This document shows positions 1-10,760 of a stretch of DNA of 64,000 nucleotides, in pieces. Below the pieces are notes generated by a model, which was not told the DNA's origin, did not search any database, and saw only the letters and a list, made by a program, of their open reading frames with translations. How positions within the stretch are numbered: position 1 is the stretch's first letter; every line of letters starts with the position of its first letter. Location of the stretch: assembly GCA_001784435.1 (NCBI GenBank), contig MFQZ01000003.1, positions 3,022 to 67,021 of the forward strand, given 5' to 3'. This stretch comes from Candidatus Magasanikbacteria bacterium RIFOXYC2_FULL_42_28. Lineage in GTDB: Bacteria; Patescibacteriota; Patescibacteriia; Magasanikbacterales; GWA2-37-8. The translations under genes and the position numbers were made by a program.

Positions 1-1930
1 GCGTCTCTACCACCAGCGATGATTTACCGGAACCCGACACACCAGTAACGCATACCAAACGCTCTAACGGAAAACTCACGGTAATATTTTTTAAATTAAA
101 CGCCTTGGCGCCTACGACCGTCAATCGGGAACAATTTTTACCGCAAAAACGTGGCGTCGCTTTTTCCACCACTTTAACTTTGCCGGATAAATACTGACCG
201 GTAAGTGAATCGGGATTATTTTTTACTTTTAAAAATTCCCCCTCGGCCATAATTTTGCCACCATACACCCCGGCGCCCGGACCAACGTCGATTAAATAAT
301 CGGCCGCTCGCATCATCGCCGCATCATGCTCCACGACAATTACCGAATTGCCTAAATCGCGCAAATAACGCAAAGTGGCGATTAATTGCTCATTGTCACG
401 CGGATGCAAACCAACGGACGGTTCATCTAAAATATAAATAACGCCCGAAAGACCGGATGACAACTGGCTCCCGAGACGCACGCGCGTAATTTCACCGCCC
501 GATAGTGTGGTTAAAGACCGATCTAAACTTAAATACCCCAAACCCACTTTACGCAGATTATCCAAACGCGCCAAAAGTTCGGTCCGCAACTGATCGCTGG
601 CCGGCAAACGTTCAATTTTAATTTTACTCAAAACCGCAAATGAATCATCCAAACTTAACGCCGCGATGGTCGCGATATTTTTACCATCAATTTTTACCGC
701 TAATGATTCGCGCCGTAAACGTCGGCCCTGACAATCCGGACAAATTAACTCGCGCATATACTGCTCAATTTCGCGACGAACATAATCAGAACCGGTTTCC
801 AAATGTCGCGCTCTCAAATCCGCCCGCACGCCCACAAAAGTAATTTTTTTACCATCCACAATATACTCATGAGCACCCACGCCGGTCAAAATTAATTTAC
901 GCGTTTTTTCCGGCAATTCAATAAACGGAGTATCCAAAGAAAAATCTTCCGCGAGCGCGGCTGCGACCAATAATTTTTGATAATAAACCTGATTACCGGT
1001 AATACGGGTCCAGGGCTGCACCGCGCCTTGCCCCAAAGTCAAACGGGGGTTAGGTACGATTAAAGCATCATCCACTTCCATCGTAATCCCGAGACCGGTA
1101 CAACGCGAACAAGCGCCATAAGGGCTATTAAAACTAAAATTGCGCACACTGAGTAGCGGATAAATTTTACCACAACGCGGACACAAACCCGAAGTGGAGA
1201 GAGTGATTTTTTCTTTACCGGACAATAACTGCATCACGCCGTTGCCCAATTCCAAAGCCGTCTCAACCGCTGTAACCGGACTCTGCTTTTTGATGTCTTC
1301 AATTTTTCCGGCCACTACCGCCACCTGATAACGTCGGCCGGCGACAAAATCATAATTGGCAAATTCGCGGCATTTGATAATTTTGTCATTAACCGATACT
1401 TCTTCCAAACCGGAACGCTCAATTCTTTCCAATAAAACTTTTTTATCAATTTTGTCGCTATCAATTAAGGGTGCGAGCACCACTACCGCGCCAGCGCGCG
1501 CGTAGCGACGAACCGTCGCGCCAATTTCACCAACCGTCGCTGATTTAGTTTTGAGCCCGCAGTCGGGACAATGCATCTCACCGGCGGACGCGTAAAGCAA
1601 ACGCAAATAATCATAAATTTCCGTGGCGGTGCCAACGGTAGAACGCGGATTTTGCGCAAATACTTTTTGATCAATCGCGATAGTTGGCGACAAGCCGTCA
1701 ATTTTATCCACATCCGGCTTATCACGCACGCCCATAAACTGACGCGCATACGAAGATAAGGACTCGGCATAACGCCTTTGTCCTTCCGCGTAAATAGTAT
1801 CAAACGCCAAAGAAGATTTCCCCGAGCCGGATAAACCGGTTACTACCACCAATTTGTTTTTCGGGATTTTGATGTTTACATTTTTGAGATTATGGACGCG
1901 CGCGCCTTTGATAGTAATTTCTTCTTTCAT
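1..1930 (-). CDS. uvrA: Excinuclease ABC subunit A (runs off the window edge)
   Basis: Missing from the ORF track because there is no stop in the window. Manual translation from ATG 1930 gives [18 protein letters not shown]...[27 protein letters not shown]. The second Walker A ([12 protein letters not shown]) near base 1 is in the same frame. Confidence 0.93.
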   Translation of the reverse strand, partial: MKEEITIKGARVHNLKNVNIKIPKNKLVVVTGLSGSGKSSLAFDTIYAEGQRRYAESLSSYARQFMGVRDKPDVDKIDGLSPTIAIDQKVFAQNPRSTVGTATEIYDYLRLLYASAGEMHCPDCGLKTKSATVGEIGATVRRYARAGAVVVLAPLIDSDKIDKKVLLERIERSGLEEVSVNDKIIKCREFANYDFVAGRRYQVAVVAGKIEDIKKQSPVTAVETALELGNGVMQLLSGKEKITLSTSGLCPRCGKIYPLLSVRNFSFNSPYGACSRCTGLGITMEVDDALIVPNPRLTLGQGAVQPWTRITGNQVYYQKLLVAAALAEDFSLDTPFIELPEKTRKLILTGVGAHEYIVDGKKITFVGVRADLRARHLETGSDYVRREIEQYMRELICPDCQGRRLRRESLAVKIDGKNIATIAALSLDDSFAVLSKIKIERLPASDQLRTELLARLDNLRKVGLGYLSLDRSLTTLSGGEITRVRLGSQLSSGLSGVIYILDEPSVGLHPRDNEQLIATLRYLRDLGNSVIVVEHDAAMMRAADYLIDVGPGAGVYGGKIMAEGEFLKVKNNPDSLTGQYLSGKVKVVEKATPRFCGKNCSRLTVVGAKAFNLKNITVSFPLERLVCVTGVSGSGKSSLVVET

Positions 1931-1941
1931 AACAAAATTTA

Positions 1942-3378
1942 TTAATCAATATCTTCAATATCCGATGCCTCAATATCTATTCTTATACCACCGCCGGATA
2001 AAATCTTTGTCTTATCTATAAAGTATTGTTTGCGACTATCGGTAACATTTTCTTTTTTAGGGCGCCCCAAATCCTTGGCCTTACCCCCGTCTACACCAAC
2101 AAAATGCACTTCATCAAAAGAATCTCCATATTCATCCATCTCTAACATCAACGCAAAACCCCTAACCTTATCCGCTCCGCCACAATCTTTTACCGCATCA
2201 TCAATATCTTCTTTGGTCGTGGCTAATATATAACCGGCGATAGCATTAGAACCGCCCGATACTTTTCTGGCAGTACTATTAACTTGTTGCCACCAAGAAA
2301 CGACGCTGTTATTGTCACAAAATGCCACTAATTCCGATGCGGTAATATCAACCGGTTCATCATCTTCCCAACCATTGCCAATAAGATGCGTCCACCCCAA
2401 CATTTGCCGTCCAGGATCAGTAAACGGTCGGAATGTTCTGTTGTAAGTAATTTTGCCATAGATGGTTCCCTTTTCACATTTATACGTGCCTTTGGTTGCT
2501 GAAAATGGAATACAAATATTATCATCCGCCGCGCACCAATCCCCTTCGCAAGTTTGATAACCACTTTTATCTACCACAAATTTAGTATTGCAGGCCAAAG
2601 TTTGCGTCCGGTTTTTATTATTAGAGAACAGCTCTTTTTCATTAGAAACAATACCCCAATCATAATCAAATCCGCCCAAAGTTTTAAAATCATAAATTTT
2701 CATATCCGTGTTGGATGGCCCTACCAGAGCGAATTTAGAAGTGCTGGTCGGCAACTCCGAACAATATTCCGGCATTAACGTCTGCGACCTAATCATATAC
2801 ACCTGGGGCAAGCGCAAGTTTACCAACGCCGGATTAATAGTATTTAAAATAACATAAGAAAAATAAGCGATCATTAAACCAATCACCGCTCCACCAATGC
2901 GTTTTTTCGCGCTACTAATCATCTCACTGTTCCCGCCCGATGCCACCCATTGCGCCCCGGACAAAATAATCACAAGTACGGCCACAATCCCAGCCAAACC
3001 CACGCCATAATTATAAATAGTGATAATAAATTCACCGATATTTTCAAATTCTTTTTTGCCACCAAAAGAAATACTGGTAACGGTTTTTCCCACCGGCAAA
3101 CATTTGCCCCACAGCGGTTTCCCATCCGGACCGTTTTTGTCACACTTCCCAGCGCTGACACCAGACAACCAACCGGCTTCGGCTGCGGCATCATCCATAA
3201 CGTCATCAATGATATTGGTATTAATCTGCTTGCGCGCTTTCATACAATCCTCTTTCTGCCAACACAGCGGATTTAATTCCGGAATATCACTTTCGGCTCC
3301 GGTTTGGGCACGCGCCGGCGCTGATACAAAACCCAATACCAACCCGGCTAATAAAACCGCTAAAAGAATTTTACGCAT
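1942..3378 (-). CDS. CPR-type pilin (TrbC/VirB2-like TM hairpin) with Cys-rich extracellular domains
   Basis: Signal peptide; pilin-like segment '[45 protein letters not shown]'; many cysteines on both sides. Confidence 0.75.
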   Translation of the reverse strand: MRKILLAVLLAGLVLGFVSAPARAQTGAESDIPELNPLCWQKEDCMKARKQINTNIIDDVMDDAAAEAGWLSGVSAGKCDKNGPDGKPLWGKCLPVGKTVTSISFGGKKEFENIGEFIITIYNYGVGLAGIVAVLVIILSGAQWVASGGNSEMISSAKKRIGGAVIGLMIAYFSYVILNTINPALVNLRLPQVYMIRSQTLMPEYCSELPTSTSKFALVGPSNTDMKIYDFKTLGGFDYDWGIVSNEKELFSNNKNRTQTLACNTKFVVDKSGYQTCEGDWCAADDNICIPFSATKGTYKCEKGTIYGKITYNRTFRPFTDPGRQMLGWTHLIGNGWEDDEPVDITASELVAFCDNNSVVSWWQQVNSTARKVSGGSNAIAGYILATTKEDIDDAVKDCGGADKVRGFALMLEMDEYGDSFDEVHFVGVDGGKAKDLGRPKKENVTDSRKQYFIDKTKILSGGGIRIDIEASDIEDID

Positions 3379-3390
3379 ATAGTATAGTTT

Positions 3391-4134
3391 TTATTGTTTT
3401 TCTAAAAATTTATCCCAAACCGTGAAAGGAATTACCCCCTCCACTTTTTTGCCATTAATAAAAAATGTTGGGGTGCCACGCACACCAGCGGAATAGCCAT
3501 CCACATAATCGCGATTCACTTCGATCTTAATAGTACTTTGACGCAAACACACGGATAATTTGTTATAATCCAAACCAATCTGTCCGGCCACAACCTTGAT
3601 TTGTTCGGTTGACAACACCCCATTTAATTCAGTTTGATGCGCGTAAAACCAATCATGCGCCACCCAATACAGCCCTTGCTCGGACGCGCAATTGGCAATT
3701 TCCGCGAGTTGACCGGCGCCCGGGTGCGTGGACTCAACCGGAAAATCCCGAATAATTAATTTTATTTTATGGCCATACTTTTGTAAAACTTGTTTCATAA
3801 TCGGCAAAGCCGCCGAACAATTGGGGCATTTGAAATCCACAAATTCCACCACGACAATCCCGGCGGTCGGATTACCTAAAAACGGATCGTCAATCGACTC
3901 CACCTGTTCGCGCGTTACCGCATCGGCTCCACCGGCACCAACCGGGCCGGTAAAACCGCCGTAAACTTCCTGAAATAAAATTTCTCCGCGACCATTTTTT
4001 ATTTCAAAATAATAACGCGTGACCAAAATTAAAAAAATAATTGCCACCAAAGCAACCAACACTGCCAGACCGGCCAGCAAAATACCCCCAGTCGTTTGGT
4101 ACCAGCGTAAACGGGAGGAAAGTGGGATAGTCAT
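3391..4134 (-). CDS. Membrane-anchored DsbA-family thiol-disulfide oxidoreductase
   Basis: EFVDFKCPNC (CxxC) and cis-Pro motif GVRGTPTFFING; N-terminal TM helix. Confidence 0.9.
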   Translation of the reverse strand: MTIPLSSRLRWYQTTGGILLAGLAVLVALVAIIFLILVTRYYFEIKNGRGEILFQEVYGGFTGPVGAGGADAVTREQVESIDDPFLGNPTAGIVVVEFVDFKCPNCSAALPIMKQVLQKYGHKIKLIIRDFPVESTHPGAGQLAEIANCASEQGLYWVAHDWFYAHQTELNGVLSTEQIKVVAGQIGLDYNKLSVCLRQSTIKIEVNRDYVDGYSAGVRGTPTFFINGKKVEGVIPFTVWDKFLEKQ

Positions 4135-4208
4135 ATAAATTGAAAATATAGAAGTATTTTTAATCTGTTCATATTATACCATAATCTGGAAATAGTCAAA
4201 GGGGGGCA

Positions 4209-4237
4209 TTGACATTTCCCCGTTTTTGTGCTATACT
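4209..4237 (+). promoter_or_regulatory. Sigma70 promoter for secG
   Basis: TTGACA-17 bp-TATACT. Confidence 0.7.
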
Positions 4238-4288
4238 ATATGTACTGATAATTACTTCAGCCCTTTTTGGGCTTTTTCTCTATAATAT

Positions 4289-4507
4289 ATGATTGATACT
4301 ATTTTTAATATCGTCCAGTTGGTTCTGGCGATTTTACTAATCATCGTTATTCTCTTACAACAAAAGGGGGGCGGTTTGGGTGGGGTATTCGGCGGATCTT
4401 CCAATGTGTACAGCACCAAACGGGGCGTGGACAAAATTTTGTATTACGCCACCATTGTTATCGCCATCCTCTTCTTCGCCGGCGCTTTGCTAAAACTGGC
4501 AATTTAA
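4289..4507 (+). CDS. secG: Preprotein translocase subunit SecG
   Basis: Two TM helices around ILLQQKGGGLGGVFGGS...TKRGVDK. Confidence 0.92.
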   Translation: MIDTIFNIVQLVLAILLIIVILLQQKGGGLGGVFGGSSNVYSTKRGVDKILYYATIVIAILFFAGALLKLAI

Positions 4508-4525
4508 ACGCGCCCGCAATTTAAC

Positions 4526-6478
4526 ATGAACTGGACAAAATTAATCGACCGAGTCAAAACCGCGCTCGCGCGTCGGGGAACAAAAACCGATTTTGACAAA
4601 AAATTGTTCCGCCGTCTGCGACCGCGCGCTATTCCCTCTTGGCCACAATTAAAATATTTAGGCCGATTTTTGCGACCGCTGGAAAAACGTCTGCTCTTTG
4701 GTCTCACCGCTCTCGCCGTCATCGTCACCATGGCCTGGCTGGGAATTTTTGTTATCCGCCACTCCGGTTCCGCGCCTAAAATCGGCGGGGAATACCGCGA
4801 GGCGCTCGTGGGACAACCAAAATATATCAACCCGATTTTTTCCTCCATCAGCGACATTGACTCCGATCTGGTTGCCTTAATTTATTCCGGTTTATTTAAA
4901 TACGACCACAACCAAAAATTAGTAACCGACTTGGCGGAAAAATATACCGCCGGCACGGATTTAAAAACTTACGAAATAACTTTGCGCGCCGGTACTAAAT
5001 GGTCGGACGGAATGCCCATCACAATTAACGACGTTATTTTTACTTTTGAGACAATCCAAAATTTAGAAGTGGGCAGTCCCCTCGCGACCGCTTTTGAAGG
5101 CGTAAAAATTGAAAAAACGGGAGAACGAAGCGTGCGTTTTACTTTAAAAGAACCTTACGTCTATTTCTTAAATAGTTTGACAGTCGGGCTTTTGCCAGAA
5201 CACGTCTGGGCGCAAATTGAACCAGCCGGTCTAAAACTTTCCAAATACAATTTACAACCGGTCGGCTCGGGACAATGGCGCTTTGAAAAAATGACCAAAA
5301 ACGAATCCGGTGAAGTCCAAAATTACACTCTGGTTCCAAGCGTGAATTACTATGGCACGAAACCGTATTTCACGAGTGTGGAATTAAAATTTTTCGTAAA
5401 TTTCCCCGACGCGCTGACGGCTCTAAAAGGCCAACTGGTAGACGGGGTGGCCTTTGTGCCTAATGAACTAAAGGATAAAATTGGCCAACGCAATTATACT
5501 GCTTACCAAATTTTACTACCCCAAATTACCGCTCTGTTTTTCAATCCGGATAAAAAAACCGAATTAAAAGATTCCGATGTGCGCGCGGCGCTCACTTGGG
5601 CCACGCCCCGAGAAAAAATTATCGCGGACGCGCTCGGTGGCAACGCGATTTTGGCCGACTCCCCCCTGCCGACGATATCAGTTGCCCATCGCGCCGGCGT
5701 AAAATATGGTTTTGACCCCAATGAAGCCAATAAAATTTTGGATAAAAAATACAAAAAAATAGAACCGGAAGAATATTTTCGCCTGCGCCATGAAATGGAA
5801 TTAAAAACTTACCAAACCGAAATTGACACCGTGCGCGCCACCAACACCTCCACTCCCGAAATAGTATCAACCACTTTGGAAAAAATAGAAAAAGAAATCG
5901 CGACCAAAGTACGCGCCGAAATGAGCGCCGAACAAACATTCTACCGCGCGAGTGATAATAAAATTCTCCAAATAACAATCGCGGTGGCGGAAAATCCCGA
6001 ATACCTGGCCACGGCCGAAATCATCGCCACGGCTTGGAGAAAAGTTGGTGTCCAAACATCCGTAAAAATTGTTACCACTTATCAAATCAATCGCGAAATA
6101 ATCCGTGACCGCAATTACGACGCTTTAATTTACGGCGAAATCACCGGCGCGGACTACGACCTGTTTCCGTTCTGGCATTCATCCCAAGCCAAATATCCGG
6201 GCTTAAACTTGGCGAACTACAACAATCGCGACGCTGATAAATTACTGGAAACCGCCCGTGCCACCGCGGACGAAACCGAACGAATAAAATTAATTAATAA
6301 ATTCCAAGAAATCGTGGACGTGGGCGCACCGGCCATATTTTTATACACCCCCGCGCACTGGCTCGTCGTTGCCAAAAATATTCAAGGTATAAAAATTAAC
6401 GCCCTGACCAAACCGTCAGATCGCTACGATTATCTGGGGCAGTGGTACACCAAAACAAAGTGGCAATGGAAACCATGA
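4526..6478 (+). CDS. Peptide ABC transporter substrate-binding protein (family 5, OppA-like)
   Basis: Motifs LIYSGLFKYD, KWSDGMPITINDVIFTF, PVGSGQW; TM anchor. Confidence 0.85.
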   Translation: MNWTKLIDRVKTALARRGTKTDFDKKLFRRLRPRAIPSWPQLKYLGRFLRPLEKRLLFGLTALAVIVTMAWLGIFVIRHSGSAPKIGGEYREALVGQPKYINPIFSSISDIDSDLVALIYSGLFKYDHNQKLVTDLAEKYTAGTDLKTYEITLRAGTKWSDGMPITINDVIFTFETIQNLEVGSPLATAFEGVKIEKTGERSVRFTLKEPYVYFLNSLTVGLLPEHVWAQIEPAGLKLSKYNLQPVGSGQWRFEKMTKNESGEVQNYTLVPSVNYYGTKPYFTSVELKFFVNFPDALTALKGQLVDGVAFVPNELKDKIGQRNYTAYQILLPQITALFFNPDKKTELKDSDVRAALTWATPREKIIADALGGNAILADSPLPTISVAHRAGVKYGFDPNEANKILDKKYKKIEPEEYFRLRHEMELKTYQTEIDTVRATNTSTPEIVSTTLEKIEKEIATKVRAEMSAEQTFYRASDNKILQITIAVAENPEYLATAEIIATAWRKVGVQTSVKIVTTYQINREIIRDRNYDALIYGEITGADYDLFPFWHSSQAKYPGLNLANYNNRDADKLLETARATADETERIKLINKFQEIVDVGAPAIFLYTPAHWLVVAKNIQGIKINALTKPSDRYDYLGQWYTKTKWQWKP

Positions 6479-6524
6479 ACCAGATGCTTCGCATCGGTTC
6501 ATGGTAAACCCTAAAATTTTTTAA

Positions 6525-6606
6525 GGGCATGTGGCGGAACTGGTATACGCGTACGTCTCAGAAGCGTATGGGGTAACCCATGAGAGTTCAAATCTCTCCA
6601 TGCCCA
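6525..6606 (+). tRNA. tRNA-Leu(CAG), CCA not encoded
   Basis: Acceptor GGGCATG/CATGCCC; anticodon arm TACGT-CTCAGAA-GCGTA; long variable arm; GTTCAAATC T-loop. Confidence 0.93.
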
Positions 6607-6681
6607 CGACGCTTAGCGTCGTAGTCGGCACGCTTAGCGTGCCACAACGCTAAGTATTATATTCGGGACGCTTAGCGTCCC
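6606..6681. repeat. Three short palindromes with core ACGCTTAGCGT and co-varying stems
   Basis: ACGACGCTTAGCGTCGT, GGCACGCTTAGCGTGCC, GGGACGCTTAGCGTCCC directly after the tRNA. Confidence 0.8.
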
Positions 6682-6767
6682 ACGAGCGGCCAAATAATTT
6701 TGGTCGCGGTATTAATTTAACTTCAACCGGGCGACTTTAGTCCCCAACTTTATTCATCAAACATACT

Positions 6768-8537
6768 ATGATCTCGACAACAAACAAAACAATGCCCCAC
6801 TCCCGCCGACCCCAGCCCCGCACCCAGCGTAATTTCCGTCCGTCTTTTCCGCGTTTTCGCGATATTGTCGGCGGTCCGGCTAAATTAAAAGTAATGATCG
6901 TCGGCGGTATGGAAGAAATCGGCCGTAACTGCACATTCCTAGAATATGGCAATGATATTATTATCATTGACCTAGGCCTCCAATTCCCCGAAGAAGACAT
7001 GCCGGGCATTGATTACATTATCCCGAACATTTCTTATTTAAAAGGCAAAGAAAAAAATATCCGCGGTGTCATTATCACGCACGGCCATTATGACCACATC
7101 GGCGGCATCCCCCATATTATTCCGGCCTTGGGCTATCCTCCGATGTACGCTCTACCACTCACTAACGCCATCATCAAAAAACGCCAAGAAGATTACCCAG
7201 GCTTGCGTCCGCTTAATATTAATAATGTTAAATTGGAAGACCATTTGAAATTGGGAATTTTTGACATCGAATTTTTTCATGTCAATCACAATATCCCCGA
7301 TTCCATGGGCATTGTCGTCCACACACCCGACGGCACGATTGTGCACACCGGCGATTGGAAATTTGATTATCAACCGGTGGGCGAACAGCCGGCCAATTTA
7401 CAGCGCATTGCCGAAATCGGCGCCAAAGGTGTTACCGCTTTAATTTCCGATTCCACGAACGCCATGCATCCGGGCCATCAAATTTCTGAAAGTGAAATCG
7501 GCGTTAATTTGGAAACGTTATTAGAAAAAGCCAAAGGGCGCGTTATTATCGGGGTATTTTCTTCACTACTTTCGCGCGTTAAACAATTAATTGAAACTTC
7601 GGAAAAGTTAGGCAAGGTGGTAGCGCTCGGCGGCTTTAGTATGCGTTCCAATGTGGAAATCGCCAAGGCCTTGGGCTACATGAAATTCAGCCCCAAAATT
7701 TTAATTGACATTCGCGAAATAAACAAATACCCGCCAGAAAAAGTGGTGATTGTCTGTACCGGCGCGCAAGGCGAAAAAAACGCCACATTGATGCGCATTG
7801 CCACCGGCGAACACCGCGATGTCCATTTGATGCCGGGCGATACTGTGATATTTTCGTCATCGGTTATTCCGGGTAACGAACGCACGGTACAACGACTGAA
7901 AGACACACTATTTCGCAAAGGCGCCGAGGTCATTCATTACGAAATGATGGACGTGCACGCTGGCGGTCATGCCAAATCCAACGATGTCAAATTGATGTTG
8001 TCTCTCATGAAACCAAAATATTTTATCCCCAACCACGGCAACCATTTTATGTTGCGCTTAAACGGTCGGATCGGTGTGGCGATGGGTATGCCCAAAGAAA
8101 ATGTCTTTATCGCCGATAACGGCCAAGTAATGGAATTTACCAAAGGCGTGGGCGTGCTGACTAAAAATAAAATTGTTTCCGACTATGTGTTTGTGGACGG
8201 CTTGGGTGTGTCAGACGAAACCAATGTGGTGTTGCGCGACCGTCAGGTCTTGGCCGAAGATGGTATGGTTGTCGTAATCGCGACCGTGGATTCTAAAACC
8301 GGTCAACTAATCCAAAACCCCGACATTATCTCACGCGGATTTGTGTTTTTAAAAGAACACAAAGAATTAATTGAGGACTTGCGCAGTCGCGTGCGTAAAA
8401 TTGTGGCCGACTCCGACCCGCTCTCTTGGGCTGATACCAATAATATCCGCAATAAAATTCGCGATTACGTGGGGCAGTTTTTGTTTACAAAAACCGAGAA
8501 ACGGCCAATGGTGTTGCCGGTGGTGATTGAAGTGTAA
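6768..8537 (+). CDS. rnj: Ribonuclease J
   Basis: GGMEEIGRN, THGHYDHIG (MBL motif), HTGDWKFD, C-terminal KRPMVLPVVIEV. Confidence 0.95.
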   Translation: MISTTNKTMPHSRRPQPRTQRNFRPSFPRFRDIVGGPAKLKVMIVGGMEEIGRNCTFLEYGNDIIIIDLGLQFPEEDMPGIDYIIPNISYLKGKEKNIRGVIITHGHYDHIGGIPHIIPALGYPPMYALPLTNAIIKKRQEDYPGLRPLNINNVKLEDHLKLGIFDIEFFHVNHNIPDSMGIVVHTPDGTIVHTGDWKFDYQPVGEQPANLQRIAEIGAKGVTALISDSTNAMHPGHQISESEIGVNLETLLEKAKGRVIIGVFSSLLSRVKQLIETSEKLGKVVALGGFSMRSNVEIAKALGYMKFSPKILIDIREINKYPPEKVVIVCTGAQGEKNATLMRIATGEHRDVHLMPGDTVIFSSSVIPGNERTVQRLKDTLFRKGAEVIHYEMMDVHAGGHAKSNDVKLMLSLMKPKYFIPNHGNHFMLRLNGRIGVAMGMPKENVFIADNGQVMEFTKGVGVLTKNKIVSDYVFVDGLGVSDETNVVLRDRQVLAEDGMVVVIATVDSKTGQLIQNPDIISRGFVFLKEHKELIEDLRSRVRKIVADSDPLSWADTNNIRNKIRDYVGQFLFTKTEKRPMVLPVVIEV

Positions 8538-8559
8538 AAATAAAAACATGTAACCAATC

Positions 8560-8586
8560 AACCTCACTACTTAAGTGAGGTTTTTG
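8560..8586 (+). terminator. Intrinsic terminator after rnj
   Basis: AACCTCACT-ACTTA-AGTGAGGTT followed by a T-run. Confidence 0.75.
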
Positions 8587-8630
8587 TTTGCCTAATAAAC
8601 TAAAAAGCGGTATAATATCACAGTCAAAAT

Positions 8631-9008
8631 ATGCTAGAAAGACCAGGGGCGAAAATAATAAACTTAGCCGAAGCTAGACGCAAGCGCGAAAATCCATGCC
8701 CTTGCGAAATTTGTAATATGGAAAAACAGGGATACAAAATGCCCCGGCTGGAAGAAAAAATGGGAGAATTAAAAAATTATTTACGTTTTCACAAACCCAA
8801 CCAAAATTCCGCGTTAATGTCACGCGCTTACGATAAAATGGTAATTTTACCACTAGCCACATTAGCACGCTCCCTACTCAACTGGGAATTAGACGGTAAA
8901 AATATCACGCCGGAATATACATTGGCGCTACTCATGCTAATTAAACAAAAAATTTCCGACGCGCGGGTAAGACACAACGCCAAAATTCCGCCACCGGATA
9001 TGATTTAA
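8631..9008 (+). CDS. Hypothetical protein
   Basis: 125-aa ORF with ATG start and a TATAAT just upstream; no family recognised. Confidence 0.55.
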   Translation: MLERPGAKIINLAEARRKRENPCPCEICNMEKQGYKMPRLEEKMGELKNYLRFHKPNQNSALMSRAYDKMVILPLATLARSLLNWELDGKNITPEYTLALLMLIKQKISDARVRHNAKIPPPDMI

Positions 9009-9027
9009 AAAAATAATTTGTATATAT

Positions 9028-10056
9028 ATGCCCACCAAAAAACTCACCGTCGCCTTCTACGGCATCTGGCCGGAAATCAAAGACTATGTGCGCGCCAAAA
9101 TGAGTGGCTTCCATACCACCATTCACACCGAACCGATTAGTTTGGAAAATATGAACAAAGACGCGGACGTGATTGCGATTTTTGTGGAGTCGGCGTTGGA
9201 TAAAAAAATGATTCACGCTTTGCCAAAATTAAAAATGATTGCAGCAATGTCAACTGGCTACGATCATGTTGACGCCAAAGCCGCCCAAGCCAAGAAAATT
9301 CCGGTTTGCAATGTCCCCTTTTACGGCGAAAATACCGTGGCCGAACATGCCTTTGCTTTAATTTTGGGCTTAACCCGCAAATTATTTTTATCAACTAAAC
9401 GAGTTAAAGAAGGAGTATATGATTACCATGGTTTGCGTGGCACGGATTTAAAAGGTAAAACTTTAGGCGTTATCGGCACCGGCCACATTGGCGCGCATCT
9501 GATAAAAATGGCTAACGGTTTTGAAATGAATGTTTTAGGATATGACCCCTATCCTAACAAAGAATTGGCTAAAACTTTGGGATTCAAATACGCGACCTTG
9601 GACAAATTACTGGCCAAATCCGACATTGTGAGTTTGCATGTCCCCCTTTTCAAAAATACCTACCATTTAATCAACAAAAAAAATATTAAAAAAATGAAGC
9701 CGGGCGCGTATTTAATTAACACTGCGCGCGGTGCCCTGGTTGATCCGGAGGCACTTGTCTCGGCTTTACAAAGCAAACAATTGGCGGGGGCGGGATTAGA
9801 TGTTTTAGAAGATGAAAATTTTATTCAACACGAAGAAGCGTTAATGGCGAGCGGTTGTAAAGAATGTCAAATAAAAACAAATTTGATGAATAATATTATC
9901 ATTGACCACCCCGATACGATTGTGACTCCGCACAATGCCTTTAATAGCACCGAGGCATTAAAAAGAATTGTTGACGCCACTGTTGAAAATATTCGTTCGT
10001 TTGCGAAGGGTGAAATCATTAATGACGTAACGGCGGCAAAGCCAAAGAAAAAATAA
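9028..10056 (+). CDS. D-isomer-specific 2-hydroxyacid (D-lactate-like) dehydrogenase
   Basis: GVIGTGHIG Rossmann motif, INTARGALVD, LDVLEDE, TPHNAF. Confidence 0.9.
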   Translation: MPTKKLTVAFYGIWPEIKDYVRAKMSGFHTTIHTEPISLENMNKDADVIAIFVESALDKKMIHALPKLKMIAAMSTGYDHVDAKAAQAKKIPVCNVPFYGENTVAEHAFALILGLTRKLFLSTKRVKEGVYDYHGLRGTDLKGKTLGVIGTGHIGAHLIKMANGFEMNVLGYDPYPNKELAKTLGFKYATLDKLLAKSDIVSLHVPLFKNTYHLINKKNIKKMKPGAYLINTARGALVDPEALVSALQSKQLAGAGLDVLEDENFIQHEEALMASGCKECQIKTNLMNNIIIDHPDTIVTPHNAFNSTEALKRIVDATVENIRSFAKGEIINDVTAAKPKKK

Positions 10057-10066
10057 ATTATTTACT

Positions 10067-10096
10067 GTCATCCCGATGAAAATCGGGATCTCTGTC
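10067..10096. repeat. Palindromic element GTCATCCCGATGAAAATCGGGATCT
   Basis: Identical copy at 41375-41399 and an inverted copy at 41428-41452. Confidence 0.85.
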
Positions 10097-10113
10097 CAAA
10101 AATATAACAAGCA

Positions 10114-10142
10114 AAAACATCCCGACTAAGTCGGGATGTTTT
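10114..10142. terminator. Bidirectional terminator built on a CCCGACTAAGTCGGG palindrome
   Basis: AAAACATCCCGACT-A-AGTCGGGATGTTTT between the convergent dehydrogenase and rnpB. Confidence 0.7.
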
Positions 10143-10148
10143 CATTTT

Positions 10149-10699
10149 GTCTATAACTATAAGCCGAATTTTGTCCGGCGTCGCTACGCTATGCCGGACA
10201 AGTTCCGTTCCTTTTTACAAAGATACGGGCTTGCCCGAGCGTAGTTCCGACCAAGTCGGAACGAAGCCGGGATAACCATTTATCTAGGCCGACCATTGCT
10301 GGACGACTCAAGCCCGCCTTCGCTAATGCTATGGCGGACAATGCGAACGAACTTTTCCGGGCTTCGCTGCGCTTCGCCCGGTAAACCGTGATATTAATAT
10401 CATTGGGTTTACCCTGCGTAGCGCAGCGAAGCAGGGCTGCTCTTGCGCGCGGATAAGGATTTAGCCGTTTCACCCCCGATCTTATTTCCCCCTGTAATCG
10501 GGATTAAGCCATAATTTTGATAAATCAAAATTTTAGGGTTTGGCTCTTCCGGCAATTTCTCGCCGAAACGTCTCTGCTCGCACCTCGCGGGTTGCCCCGG
10601 GTTGGCGTTACCAACTATCTTTTTTCTCCCGACTTAGTCGGGAGGAGCGTGTTCGGACTTTCCTTCCCGACTAAGTCGGGATGGTTATCCATTATAGAC
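10149..10699 (-). ncRNA. rnpB: RNase P RNA, about 551 nt, enlarged by palindromic insertions
   Basis: Minus strand has AAGGAAAGTCCG (P4 5'), GGGTGAAACGG, CTAGATAAATG and ACAAAATTCGGCTTATA (P4 3'); P1 is GTCTATAA/TTATAGAC. Confidence 0.92.
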
Positions 10700-10705
10700 A
10701 CCTAT

Positions 10706-10734
10706 ATTATAACACATTTTTGATGTTTTGTCAA
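10706..10734 (-). promoter_or_regulatory. Consensus sigma70 promoter of rnpB
   Basis: TTGACA-17 bp-TATAAT, ending 6 nt before the P1 5' strand. Confidence 0.85.
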
Positions 10735-10760
10735 GATACCAACCCTCGATAATGACTAAT

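Noticed and set aside
640-1803. Small ORFs 640-843, 1483-1803 and 1571-1759
   Set aside because: They are shadow frames of uvrA, which the ORF track missed because it runs off the window.
6606-6681. Possible mini CRISPR array after tRNA-Leu
   Set aside because: Units are 17-bp palindromes with variable stems and 4-21-nt gaps; no constant repeat/spacer period and no cas genes.
10189-10723. ORFs 10189-10473 and 10517-10723
   Set aside because: They overlap the RNase P RNA and are spurious.
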